IMG/VR virus record: IMGVR_UViG_3300005573_001064
Reading direction: 5' to 3' (one strand)
Source: an uncultured virus (IMG/VR IMGVR_UViG_3300005573_001064)
Taxonomy: Duplodnaviria > Heunggongvirae > Uroviricota > Caudoviricetes
Length of the DNA: 64,000 bases
The number at the start of each line of letters is the position of its first letter. Positions within the stretch are counted from its first letter, which is position 1. A model generated the notes under the pieces. It saw only the letters and a list, made by a program, of their open reading frames with translations. It did not search any database and was not told the DNA's origin. Positions 1-9,761 of this stretch are shown here, one piece after another. The position numbers and the translations under genes were made by a program.

Positions 1-163
1 GTCGGGGTCGGTGATGTGTAGTGGCAGGCAATAAATTCAAGTGGAACTCGTATGACGACGAGAATCTCGTCTGTGCCTACGACTTCGGTACCCTCACCGC
101 GGGCTCTTAGCGCAAGTGAAATATATTCGATATGGCGTAGTGCTAATCCGAGGTAGGTTTCAC

Positions 164-1123
164 ATGGGTCCGCCCAGGAAGTATCAAACCATAGACGACA
201 TCGGCAAGGCGATGCTCAAGGTCAGGGAAGCGGGTGAGCCGCTGAGTTTCACCAACATGACGACCAACCATGTAGGTCTATACGCCGCTGCCAAGAGGTA
301 CTTTGGGGGATGGAAGAATGTCCTCCGTCATATGGGTGTTGAACCAGATGTAGAACCGACAGGAGCGGCAGCATATACATCACGGGCAAAAGTCATTTCT
401 ATTCCAGAACACAACAAAGACTATGCGTATTTTCTCGGCCTGTTGCTTGGAGACGGATGCATCTACTATCGTAACATTGACGGGCATCCCAAGAGGTACA
501 CGATAAGCCTGAACTCCGTAGACAAGGAACTGGCGGATTCGTTTGCGCGTATTGGTAAGGATATGTTCGGTGTAAAGCCGCGTCAGTGGCTCACAAAGCC
601 CCGCACTAACACGTATGCATGCAAATCTCAATGGGCAGTATCGTTCCTGTCGAAGAACATGTGCGAGTACCTGATAGTCGAGACTAACAAGAAAGACATA
701 CCTAAATGGATTGTTGATGGAACGCCGGAGCTGATGGGTGCATTTATCCGAGGCTTCGCTGACGCCGAGGGTAGCGCGCCGTCTGAAAAATTTCTACATA
801 TCACGATAGCTCAGATGGACAAGAAGATATTATACGTCATTCAGTTTATGCTCTATAAACTTGGCATTTATAGTCGCATATTATCCGGTGGGGTGAGCGG
901 TTGCTGGTATCTACATATTACATCCCGTCAAGATGTTTCTCGGTACATGGAACTCGTGGGCTTTGGACTGAGAAGGAAAGCTGATAGGATAATGGCTATC
1001 CTGAATAATCCACAAGGCTCGCAGAAAATGCTCGATAGCAGAGCCAGAACGGTTAAAAACCGCAGAAAGAACTTCCTTTCAGAACACGTGGACGAGTGGC
1101 GGTCACTAGGGTTGGAGGTCTGA
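164..1123 (+). CDS. Free-standing LAGLIDADG homing endonuclease with N-terminal homing-endonuclease-associated repeat
   Basis: Two LAGLIDADG helices (YFLGLLLGDG, FIRGFADAEG) and N-terminal YAAAKRYFGGW motif. ATG at 164 preferred over GTG at 116 because of the upstream GAGGT RBS. Confidence 0.85.
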   Translation: MGPPRKYQTIDDIGKAMLKVREAGEPLSFTNMTTNHVGLYAAAKRYFGGWKNVLRHMGVEPDVEPTGAAAYTSRAKVISIPEHNKDYAYFLGLLLGDGCIYYRNIDGHPKRYTISLNSVDKELADSFARIGKDMFGVKPRQWLTKPRTNTYACKSQWAVSFLSKNMCEYLIVETNKKDIPKWIVDGTPELMGAFIRGFADAEGSAPSEKFLHITIAQMDKKILYVIQFMLYKLGIYSRILSGGVSGCWYLHITSRQDVSRYMELVGFGLRRKADRIMAILNNPQGSQKMLDSRARTVKNRRKNFLSEHVDEWRSLGLEV

Positions 1124-1159
1124 CCAAGTCCAGAGCATATACAGGAGTGCGAATCCACG

Positions 1160-1714
1160 ATGAGCGTAATCAACTATCGTCGGTCAGTGAATGGCTCGAA
1201 TGACCAGCTGGGTAGAAGGTATCTCAGCGACAGCCTGACGCCATGGTGGGGAAGTTGGGCAGTTAGTGGTGGAACACTTGGAATATCTTATAATAATCTG
1301 CCATCAGAACCTGGCGTTCTTGCAAAAGTAACAAATACAATAAATGCTGGTTCACAAGCCTTATATTTTTCATTCAACAATAATCAGAATCTTAAAAATT
1401 ATTTGTGTGAGTTCTGGGTAAAAGGTTCTGATATTAGTGGTGGACTGGATGTGTTTGTAAATTCCAAATATGGTGCTTGGGATTATTCTCTTAATCGGAT
1501 GCGATTATATTTATATGCTCCTGGGACATTTCCAACATTATGGACCAAGGTTAGTGTGGCAATGTCATCACTTATTACTGTGATTCCAGGATTTGCAGAT
1601 AGTGGGAGATATGATATACTCAGTAGAGTTAAAACTCTCGCATTTTATACATATTCGGCAACAGTTTTTCCATTTACAACTGAACTTGCTGGTGTGAACT
1701 TCAGGAGGCTCTAG
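1160..1714 (+). CDS. Beta-sandwich (carbohydrate-binding-like) protein, possibly virion/receptor-binding
   Basis: Trp/Tyr/Ser/Thr-rich beta-strand pattern (FWVKG, WTKVSV). Confidence 0.4.
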   Translation: MSVINYRRSVNGSNDQLGRRYLSDSLTPWWGSWAVSGGTLGISYNNLPSEPGVLAKVTNTINAGSQALYFSFNNNQNLKNYLCEFWVKGSDISGGLDVFVNSKYGAWDYSLNRMRLYLYAPGTFPTLWTKVSVAMSSLITVIPGFADSGRYDILSRVKTLAFYTYSATVFPFTTELAGVNFRRL

Positions 1715-1760
1715 CCATGACACTTCCTAAATCCATCCAATCGAGAAACGAGGTGGCCTG

Positions 1761-2405
1761 ATGTTCATAGAAGGAATTATCGGAGGCTCGTGGATTGATG
1801 ACTTCACTTCCAATCGCCTCAGTGAAAAGTGGGTGCCGACGAGAGTAAGTTTGGGTGGTCAGAAAGATGGTCAGTGGATAAGAGAAATCAAAGACTCTAA
1901 AATCTATTGGAGACCTACTAATGCTGGAACTGAGACCAGCCGATGGGGTGAAAGCCTCTATCTACCTATAAATGCTGTTGGGGACTTCTCAGCAGAGGTT
2001 CAGTGGCGATGGAAAAAAACGGGTATTTATGCTGCTGGAGCATATTTAATTGGATTACAGGTGCAGGGGGTTAGTCTGAACACATATATTAGTGCCCATA
2101 GCGCAGGATTTTCAGGTGACCTTTTAATATTGGGCTGTGGGACTGGTTTACCTGGATTTCCTTCAATGATTTATCTATACACAGGAATGCCATACGATGT
2201 AACTGCAGTACTTAAACTGGTCAGAAAAAATGGATATTTATTCTCCTATTTCAACAACACATATACAGGCTTCCGTTCTTTCCCTGAACAATTAATCAAT
2301 GTGATTCTTTCTTTTACGGTTGCCAGCGGCATAGATTATAATCTATCAGTGCAGGAATATCAAGTGGACTGGGTAAAAGTATGGCCGAGAGAGGTCGTCC
2401 TTTAG
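1761..2405 (+). CDS. Concanavalin A/LamG-like beta-sandwich protein
   Basis: WIDDF...L...W start, GDFSAEV, LKLVRKNG...SYFN, and terminal VDWVKV pattern. Confidence 0.5.
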   Translation: MFIEGIIGGSWIDDFTSNRLSEKWVPTRVSLGGQKDGQWIREIKDSKIYWRPTNAGTETSRWGESLYLPINAVGDFSAEVQWRWKKTGIYAAGAYLIGLQVQGVSLNTYISAHSAGFSGDLLILGCGTGLPGFPSMIYLYTGMPYDVTAVLKLVRKNGYLFSYFNNTYTGFRSFPEQLINVILSFTVASGIDYNLSVQEYQVDWVKVWPREVVL

Positions 2406-2551
2406 GGGGTGAGTGAGATGCTAGTTTGGACCCAAGCCAAATCCAGAGCATATACAGGAGTGCGAGTCCACGATGAGCGGCTTTTCAATGGAGGACTGAG
2501 GATACCTCTAGGCAGTAGGGTGGTATACAACAACATCGGGAATGTGAGCCT

Positions 2552-3697
2552 ATGAAAATTTCTGTTAAGATGCAAGTAAGAAAGCTGAATAATAATAAAC
2601 AACTTAAATTAAATCATCTTTGGAAAGCCGTTCAGAAGGCTTATAAATGGTGTTTCAGAAGTGTTAAAAAGGAAGGGAGATTAAATACGAGAAACTGGTA
2701 TTATAGTCGCCTTCGGGCTAGGTTCCCTGAAATTCCATCGCAGGTTGTAGGGTATATCTGTTATAATCTTCCTAAATTATTTCGTATGTGGGGCAAACAG
2801 AAAGTTGTAGAATGGAAGGCTCGGATGCCAATAGAATATCCAGAATCACGATATTTAGTAAAAGGCAGAAATATAAATATACCTTTCAGTTCGGGTTTTG
2901 GAAATCGTATCAGTATACCACTAAAGGTTGAAACCTATCATGAGAATAGGTTATCTGAAGGTAAATGGAAACAAATTAAGATATACAAGAACAGAGATGG
3001 GGAATGGTTTGTTATAATTACAATTGAATCTAAACCTGAGATAATAGAACCTAAAAGAATCCTTGGTGTTGATATTGGTATAAATCATACTGCGGTTGTA
3101 ACAAATAGGAAAGGGCAATTTCCAATATTTATACATGGAGGTGTTGTAAAAGCTGCAAGAGGAAAGTTTTATGGGAAAAGAAAATATTATCAGAAGAAAA
3201 ATAAATTAAGTAAACTGAAAGAGATTGGTCAGAGGGAAGCAAACTTTACTAAAGACTATCTACATAAAACCTCCAGAGCAATTGTAAATGTGGCAATAAA
3301 AAAGAAAGCAGCAATTGTTATGGAGAATTTAAAAGGGATTCGAGAATGTAAAAAGGCATCCTGGAATGGGCGAGCGTCTCGCAGATATAGAAGGATGCTG
3401 AATAGTTGGGCCTTTAGTAGATTACAGAACTATATTCAATATAAGGCACAATTAGCAGGAATCCCAGTATTTTATGTAGATGCAAGATATACTTCTCAGG
3501 AATGCCCCAAATGTCATTATATCGAGAAAGGAAATCGTAGTGGTAAATGGTTTCACTGTAAAAAGTGTGGATACCAATCAGACGCAGATAGGGTTGGGGC
3601 TATGAATATCGCCGAGAAGATATCTATAACGGATGCAAACCGTGCTATACGCACAGTCTGTGGTGTTGGCGTTTACCGTAACCTCAAGGGGGAATAA
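2552..3697 (+). CDS. tnpB: RNA-guided endonuclease TnpB (IS200/IS605 family), no adjacent tnpA
   Basis: RuvC-I GVDIG, RuvC-II MENL, Zn finger CPKC...CKKC, RuvC-III DADRVGAMNI. Confidence 0.93.
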   Translation: MKISVKMQVRKLNNNKQLKLNHLWKAVQKAYKWCFRSVKKEGRLNTRNWYYSRLRARFPEIPSQVVGYICYNLPKLFRMWGKQKVVEWKARMPIEYPESRYLVKGRNINIPFSSGFGNRISIPLKVETYHENRLSEGKWKQIKIYKNRDGEWFVIITIESKPEIIEPKRILGVDIGINHTAVVTNRKGQFPIFIHGGVVKAARGKFYGKRKYYQKKNKLSKLKEIGQREANFTKDYLHKTSRAIVNVAIKKKAAIVMENLKGIRECKKASWNGRASRRYRRMLNSWAFSRLQNYIQYKAQLAGIPVFYVDARYTSQECPKCHYIEKGNRSGKWFHCKKCGYQSDADRVGAMNIAEKISITDANRAIRTVCGVGVYRNLKGE

Positions 3698-3774
3698 CGC
3701 TGGAACCACAAATACCATCTGGTCCAGAAGTAATAGTTACTCAGGAGCAAGCTCCGAAAAAACCAAAGCCACGC

Positions 3775-4137
3775 TTGGACCCACGAACTTGGAACCAGAA
3801 ATACTACGGCGGTGACGATAAAATCGAGCATGGAATAGCAGGAGCAGTGGTCGCCTTCTTCACATACATCCTGATAGAAGGGGAATTAACTAAACTCAAG
3901 CTGACTTGGCAGGCGAAAGTCATAATCGGTGTGATTGTCTGCATATCATTGGCCACTGTAGTAATGTATGGCAAGGAGGTGTGGGATTCGGCAGGTAATG
4001 GAGTGGCCGATGTGTGGGATATGATTTGCGGTGTTCTGGGTGCAGTGACACTCGGCGTCGTGGCGATACTTTTATATGCATGGCTGAGAATGAGAGCAAA
4101 TAATGTAAATGAAAGAGCAATTACAGAAGAAATTTAA
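3775..4137 (+). CDS. Small multi-pass membrane protein (YfiM/VanZ-like)
   Basis: DKIEH, KEVWD and DVWD motifs with three hydrophobic helices. Frame is open upstream to about 3682, so the start is uncertain. Confidence 0.5.
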   Translation: MDPRTWNQKYYGGDDKIEHGIAGAVVAFFTYILIEGELTKLKLTWQAKVIIGVIVCISLATVVMYGKEVWDSAGNGVADVWDMICGVLGAVTLGVVAILLYAWLRMRANNVNERAITEEI

Positions 4138-4288
4138 TAGGAATGAAGGAGGTTCATTTTATGGGGCTGAAGAAACCGACAAATGGTGATGTGATAAAAA
4201 TGGTGGAAGAGATGGACGACGATGAAATCCAGAAGGTACTAGAGGATGAAGGTGTAAAGGAAGTGCTCCGCAAGCGTGGGATTAAAAT

Positions 4289-4483
4289 ATGAGCAGCACT
4301 TGGGCAAAACTCTGGACTAGAATACCTTTCCCCAAAGAGGACAAACCGCACTTGATGACAGCGTGGATTATTAACACTCAAGAGCAAACCATACTCAGGT
4401 TGCAGTTTCTTATGGTTATAACAGTGGTTACGTTCATCACAATTATCGTAACTGGTAAGATTTGGTTGGGGTGGTTTCCGTAA
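4289..4483 (+). CDS. Small membrane protein
   Basis: C-terminal hydrophobic helix; lies in a run of plus-strand genes. Confidence 0.45.
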   Translation: MSSTWAKLWTRIPFPKEDKPHLMTAWIINTQEQTILRLQFLMVITVVTFITIIVTGKIWLGWFP

Positions 4484-4504
4484 TTAAGTAGCAGGAGGGA
4501 AAAA

Positions 4505-6064
4505 ATGGCAATTTCAAATTGGTCTGTCATAAGAGAGAGTGAGAATAGAGTTAGCAGGAGATTGGGATTCGAATTGGGGGCAGAGCTCAGTGTAAAATGG
4601 ACGCCTTACAGCCCACCCGCCTTCCCCAAGATGAACAATCTTACATCTGCGTTGTCGAAGGGACTGCCGAAGATTTCATTTACGAAAACAGGGGACATTT
4701 TGACTAAAGGTATAACGTTACCTGCCCCTATTTCTATTTCGGCACTTTCTATGAAAGTAACCTGGACTCCTTTGCAACCCTTCCCAGCGGCGTCTATACC
4801 TGAAGTTGCAGAACTTCAGAGGACAATATCTTCTGAAGTCCAAAAAGTAACTGACATGATAACTTCAGTTAGAAACATCGTAGCAACAATGCTGCAAACT
4901 AAATTTAGAACGGTTCCCAAACCTGAGATAAACTTTTTGAAGGCAAGTTGGAACATACCAACTGTGGTAGATAATATTATATATAATTTCAATACAGCAA
5001 ATAGCATATTTGAAAATGTCCAGAAAGCATTGAGTAAGTCTTTAGATACAGTATTTCAAAGCATATCTTCAGCAGGGAGCATAACTACGGCGATAAAAAA
5101 TGTTTTAGCAAATCTACCTGATAGGGTTAAAAGTATTACTGATAATATTGCTAAAACCATAAATGCAAACGCCAACACATTGGTGACAGATATTGCTAAC
5201 AATACCAACGCATTGGTCAAGAATCTTACTGATTTCCTTTCAAAGGAAGTGGGACGGTATATCAATGACCTATCTAAAAATGTTGGTGCATTTCTGTCGA
5301 GCCTTATGAATGCGATGAGAGATGATATCTCAACGATAATGAACAGTTTGACATCTTTCATTACATCAATAGGAGATGCCGTAAAACTTGATTTTACAGC
5401 CATAGGGGACTGGTTTATAAATACAATATCGGGCCTCCAGAAGAATATTACGGATAATGTGATGGGCATTGGAAACCAGATATCGGAGCAGGCAAAGGCA
5501 TCAATCGCTGACCTACAAAACAAATTGACAGCTCTTAAGAATGAACTTGTCAAGAACCTGGAGGACAAAGTAAAGTTTGTTCAGGAACAAGTTGATAAGG
5601 CTTTAAATGATGCAAAGAAAGAAATGATGGCCATTGTAGATTCCACGAAGGAGGAGCTGAACAAAGCCCTTATACAAACAAAGTCTGAGTTGAAACAGAG
5701 CGTAAATAATGTAATTGCTGAAGTCGAAGGGATTCGCAAGGAGGTCCAAGCCAATGCAGAAAATGTTGCCCAAATCAAGTCCCAAATAATGGCAACAGCA
5801 GAAACCATAAAGCGACAAACGGAAACTATTAGCAAGGCGACAGATGATATCATAAGAATAAGGGACCAACTTCAGGACCTCCAAAGGCAAGTGTCTATAA
5901 TTCAACAGAAACCTAGTTCAACACCGTCAGAAACGCCGAAGAAATCTATATTCCCATTCTTCGGAATAATGAACGGAGATAGTTTATCAGAAGCATTGGA
6001 AACTATGGCTAAAACTACATCTGAAAAGAGTAAGAAGGTGTATGGAGATTTCGCCATCAGTTAG
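4505..6064 (+). CDS. Long amphipathic-helix/coiled-coil protein (apolipoprotein- or tape-measure-like)
   Basis: GGAGG RBS; roughly 11-residue amphipathic periodicity over most of 519 aa. Confidence 0.6.
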   Translation: MAISNWSVIRESENRVSRRLGFELGAELSVKWTPYSPPAFPKMNNLTSALSKGLPKISFTKTGDILTKGITLPAPISISALSMKVTWTPLQPFPAASIPEVAELQRTISSEVQKVTDMITSVRNIVATMLQTKFRTVPKPEINFLKASWNIPTVVDNIIYNFNTANSIFENVQKALSKSLDTVFQSISSAGSITTAIKNVLANLPDRVKSITDNIAKTINANANTLVTDIANNTNALVKNLTDFLSKEVGRYINDLSKNVGAFLSSLMNAMRDDISTIMNSLTSFITSIGDAVKLDFTAIGDWFINTISGLQKNITDNVMGIGNQISEQAKASIADLQNKLTALKNELVKNLEDKVKFVQEQVDKALNDAKKEMMAIVDSTKEELNKALIQTKSELKQSVNNVIAEVEGIRKEVQANAENVAQIKSQIMATAETIKRQTETISKATDDIIRIRDQLQDLQRQVSIIQQKPSSTPSETPKKSIFPFFGIMNGDSLSEALETMAKTTSEKSKKVYGDFAIS

Positions 6065-6076
6065 GAGGAATAAAAA

Positions 6077-6628
6077 ATGCAAACAGTATCAGGAGTTTTG
6101 GGGCAAACACAGCTGCAACAAATTCAGACAGAGCGTGCGTTGTTGGTGAAAAGGCAGAACGAGATTGAAAAAATGCAAGAAAATCTGACAGCGAACATCT
6201 ACCTTCTCGGTAGAATTGTTACTTCCTGTGATGATTGGATTAAGGGTTTCAAGTCGTATCAGAAAGAAATCTCAAGATATGGGGAGAGGATTAAGAATCT
6301 TAAATTAGTAGATGCACATACTGTAGCCGAAAAAGCATGGAGTAAGGCTGCTGGGGATGTGAAGGACATATTTTTGATGGCTCTTTCCCAGACTTCGGAT
6401 GCTATAAAGAACCAGACAATTGAATTTTCTAATATAAAACTTAAGGCACAGAAACTGATTCAAGAATATAAAGATGGACTGGATGCCTTAAAGAAGCACT
6501 CTGAAGTTATATACAATCGCATAAATTTGCTGAACAGTCAGGAGAAAGAATTAAGAAAGAAGGGGGTTATCGCTCAGAGTGATAAGACGGTCCAAGAGGC
6601 TAGCGACGCCCTCAGCGGAAACGCCTAA
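6077..6628 (+). CDS. Coiled-coil hypothetical protein
   Basis: AGGAGG RBS; heptad pattern. Confidence 0.6.
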   Translation: MQTVSGVLGQTQLQQIQTERALLVKRQNEIEKMQENLTANIYLLGRIVTSCDDWIKGFKSYQKEISRYGERIKNLKLVDAHTVAEKAWSKAAGDVKDIFLMALSQTSDAIKNQTIEFSNIKLKAQKLIQEYKDGLDALKKHSEVIYNRINLLNSQEKELRKKGVIAQSDKTVQEASDALSGNA

Positions 6629-6705
6629 ATATGATTTCTGAATGAGGGGAGGGCTATTTCCTTCTCTCTCCCCTCATTCTGTTGTAAAAAAAATGAGGGG
6701 CTCCT

Positions 6706-7680
6706 ATGGTCGAGTGGAAGACTGTAGGCATATTTGGGGCTAAAACCCTTTTTGGGTTCGTTCTGGGGATAGGAATAAATAGAGGTTTGACCTACATAAC
6801 GAATAAATGGAGAGAGAAAAATGGTCTCCCACCAGTTGGTCCAAATAATAATTCCGTTCCTGCTCTTGAAAGTTCGGGGATTGTTATAGGAATATTACAG
6901 CACAATTCGCCCATTGCACCTATTCTCATAGGGCTTTCTTCTGGTAAAATTTTTGATGAATATTATCCAATCGTTAAAGGTATATTGTCTTCTGATGAAC
7001 CTCCTAAAATAAATGAAGGAACCCCTCCTGATAATTGGGATGTTCATGAAATCGAGATTAAACCTGGTAATATCTTTCTTCATTCAAAAGAATATCAAAT
7101 AGACCAGCTCAGTAAAATCTTATCTTCATTGGTAACAGAGAAAACATATAATCGGAAAATAAATCAATGGATTCCTGCTGGGTATAAGCATCCTCTTGTA
7201 ATATACTGGGCAAAGAAGATAGTTCAGGATGCAAATGTGCGTGGGGACGATACCATAGCTGTTGCAAATGCCATTACTACATGGGTTAGGCAGCACGTCC
7301 CATATTCTTTTGACCCGCAGAGTCCCCGCATGGATGAAGATTATTTCTGGCATCCCGCTAGGATTTTGGAAACTCTTGATTCAAATACTGGAAAGACGTT
7401 GCCCTTCGATTGTGATTGTCATTCCATACTGACTGCATCTATGTTGATGTCATTAGGGTACATTCCTGTATTTATGCTATTTGCACAGGCACAACCAAAC
7501 TTTTATAATCATATTATTACATCAGTAGTATTATCTCCTAAATACCTTACAGTACCAACATATCCTTATTATCCACTGGAAACTACAGCCCCGTTAAAAC
7601 CATTAGATTATATGCCTAAATATTTGAATCGTATAACTCTTGAAATAGTACCAGGAACGGTCAAGAATAGATATGGGTGA
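6706..7680 (+). CDS. Transglutaminase-like (papain-fold) cysteine protease with N-terminal membrane segment
   Basis: WVRQHVPY..DP, PARIL, FDCDCHSIL..SML.SLG (catalytic Cys), YNHI (His), PLET. Confidence 0.75.
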   Translation: MVEWKTVGIFGAKTLFGFVLGIGINRGLTYITNKWREKNGLPPVGPNNNSVPALESSGIVIGILQHNSPIAPILIGLSSGKIFDEYYPIVKGILSSDEPPKINEGTPPDNWDVHEIEIKPGNIFLHSKEYQIDQLSKILSSLVTEKTYNRKINQWIPAGYKHPLVIYWAKKIVQDANVRGDDTIAVANAITTWVRQHVPYSFDPQSPRMDEDYFWHPARILETLDSNTGKTLPFDCDCHSILTASMLMSLGYIPVFMLFAQAQPNFYNHIITSVVLSPKYLTVPTYPYYPLETTAPLKPLDYMPKYLNRITLEIVPGTVKNRYG

Positions 7681-8291
7681 AACAGATGTTGGCAAATACT
7701 CATAGAAGAATAATGAAGATGGCAACAGAATATATGATGATTCCTTCATCTGTTTCAAAGCAATTGATTGAAGATGTAGTTCTTCCTGATGAATTGGACA
7801 AAGGAATGGACCGTATACTGAAGCATATTTTTGTACATTTGGCAGTAGGCGAATTTGGAGAAGCATTGAACGCCATCGAAGAAAACTTGAAGGATACAGT
7901 AAACCCAATTCGGGGGATTGCCTTCGCTTCTCATTATTTACAAGATATCTGTTCCCCTTTCCATACATCAATTTATACAATTTATCGCCAGGGTTACCAT
8001 AATACTGTAGAGAAACAAATAGATAGGCATTTTGAAGAATGGAAACCAGCATTCTCACCGCACCCCATAGAATTTACGAACTTACATGAAACTGTGGTGC
8101 GTTTGTGCAAAGAATCCGAACTTCTGGCTAATGAATTTGTCTTGGCATTCATGAAATTTGAGCTTCTGAGTAAAGAATATCCCTGGGACTTAATGATTAA
8201 AACATTTTTCAGAACGATAGATGTACAAATTGGATTTCTACAGTTTGTCGAAAAAGATGGATTCTTGAAGAAAGTAATTTTCCCGTCTTGA
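7677..8291 (+). CDS. Zinc-dependent phospholipase C / S1-P1-like metallohydrolase
   Basis: THRRI, PD, SHYLQD...PFH and HNTVE zinc-ligand motifs. Confidence 0.75.
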   Translation: MKQMLANTHRRIMKMATEYMMIPSSVSKQLIEDVVLPDELDKGMDRILKHIFVHLAVGEFGEALNAIEENLKDTVNPIRGIAFASHYLQDICSPFHTSIYTIYRQGYHNTVEKQIDRHFEEWKPAFSPHPIEFTNLHETVVRLCKESELLANEFVLAFMKFELLSKEYPWDLMIKTFFRTIDVQIGFLQFVEKDGFLKKVIFPS

Positions 8292-8363
8292 CGGGGGGCC
8301 CCCTAAATTTTTCCGTCTGTATGATAATCCCATGTTCACTTCTGTTTCACCCAATTTTTTATT

Positions 8364-8415
8364 ATGCATAAATCCATGATGTTGTGCATCACTCATACCA
8401 TTTTAGGGGAGTGAT
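8364..8415. repeat. Dispersed double-palindrome element, copy 1 of 4 (degenerate first palindrome)
   Basis: CATCACTCATACCATTTTAGGGGAGTGAT at 8387-8415. Confidence 0.9.
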
Positions 8416-8550
8416 TGAGAGAAATACTGTAGGATTAAAAATTTCATTTTAGAAATTTACAGAAATTGGAAAATAGTAAAAAAAATAAAAAGGACGATTT
8501 AAAAAAAATAAAGTGTTTAACAGGAAAATAGAAAAAAAGGAAGAAACTGT

Positions 8551-8670
8551 TTACTCTTCCTCTTCAGCGTGTTTCTTTCCCTTCTTTCCTGCCGTTATCG
8601 GCTTCTTGCCCCTTGTGGGCTTTATCTTCTTCTGCGTCGGCTTCGCCTTACCAGCTTTCTTTTTTGCCAT
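8551..8670 (-). CDS. 39-aa lysine-rich basic protein ending HAEEEE
   Basis: AGGAGG RBS before the ATG at 8670; MAKKKAGKAK...KKGKKHAEEEE. Confidence 0.7.
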   Translation of the reverse strand: MAKKKAGKAKPTQKKIKPTRGKKPITAGKKGKKHAEEEE

Positions 8671-8764
8671 ATTTGGTCCTCCTTTCTTTGGGCAATTGCC
8701 CGACAGGGGTTGATGGGAATTGAACCCAAAAAACCCCACGGAATAAATATAAAATACAGGACTC

Positions 8765-9289
8765 TTATTTGTAAAGAGTCAAAACCCAGGAGTTCAAACT
8801 TATTGTGTACGTTCTTCTGGCCTCCATCTCTTCTATTCGTTTAATTTCAGCAAGTTTGGCATCTACTAGGGCTTGACTTTCTGGTATTAATGTATCGGTA
8901 TCCTTGAAATAATACAATGCCCCAGTAAATGTCTTGGCTCGTTGTTCGGGAGTCAGCTTATCGTAGTCCTCTTTTCGGATAGACCTAGATGGCAAATTGA
9001 GGCTATCATCTGCTTTTATGACCTTAACCTCGCCCTTCGGAGTTTCATACAGGTTTTCGGGTGGGACGGGTTTAGCAGGGTCTTGTATAAAGATAGAAAT
9101 ACCCCGCTTATTCAGGGATTGCCTATCGGCTTCCGACATTTTATCTGCTGTCTCCTTTTTGATGACGATGCCCTTCACCCGCTTACCATCCACTTCGATA
9201 AGTATCCAGTTCTTCACAAATTCGAGGCGTCTGATATCAGGAAGGGATTCCCAATGCGCCATGTCAAACACAGATTTTACTCCGCCCAT
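8765..9289 (-). CDS. Hypothetical protein
   Basis: GGAGG RBS; 174 aa with a weak internal duplication. Confidence 0.6.
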   Translation of the reverse strand: MGGVKSVFDMAHWESLPDIRRLEFVKNWILIEVDGKRVKGIVIKKETADKMSEADRQSLNKRGISIFIQDPAKPVPPENLYETPKGEVKVIKADDSLNLPSRSIRKEDYDKLTPEQRAKTFTGALYYFKDTDTLIPESQALVDAKLAEIKRIEEMEARRTYTISLNSWVLTLYK

Positions 9290-9418
9290 TTTTCTGCCTC
9301 CTTAATTGAAAGATGGATGACGGCATTTAGGTAGCAAAGGAACACTGGAGGCGAACCTTAAAGGAACGAGACTGACCGATTCCGATGGCTATTCCCCTGC
9401 CATCATCCATCTTTGATT

Positions 9419-9733
9419 TCAGGCCTTCTTCGGTTCCTGGCTCTTCGGTTCTAGGCTGAAGGATGCCTGCTCGACCTCTGCTATCATCTTGTATAGGTCT
9501 TTGTATTCCTTCAGGCGTTCTTTCGGGTCTGCCAGTTGCTCGATGGCGTTTACAGCACCGTAAATGGTGTATCCCAACGCCATTCTCTTGAAGGCCAGAA
9601 TGTCCCTCGCCCCCATCTGCTTTGCCATGGCGAAGGTTTCCTTCAATTCGGTCGTCGTGTCCTTTGCACCCTGTGGTCTTTCCTTCTCTTTCTCTTCCTT
9701 CTGGTGGTTCTTCACCTTGTGCTTTTCCTTCAT
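9419..9733 (-). CDS. Hypothetical protein
   Basis: GGAGG RBS; in operon. Confidence 0.6.
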   Translation of the reverse strand: MKEKHKVKNHQKEEKEKERPQGAKDTTTELKETFAMAKQMGARDILAFKRMALGYTIYGAVNAIEQLADPKERLKEYKDLYKMIAEVEQASFSLEPKSQEPKKA

Positions 9734-9761
9734 ACTATTTCCTCCTTCTGTCTTGCCTTGT

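Larger units (their letters stand above)
1129..2479 (+). repeat. 38-bp direct repeat, copies at 1129-1166 and 2442-2479 (1 mismatch)
   Basis: TCCAGAGCATATACAGGAGTGCGA[A/G]TCCACGATGAGCG read at both positions. Confidence 0.95.

Noticed and set aside
116..1123. Intein or group I intron around the LAGLIDADG ORF
   Set aside because: No Hint splice motifs (N-terminal Cys, C-terminal His-Asn) and no convincing P/Q/R/S elements by eye.
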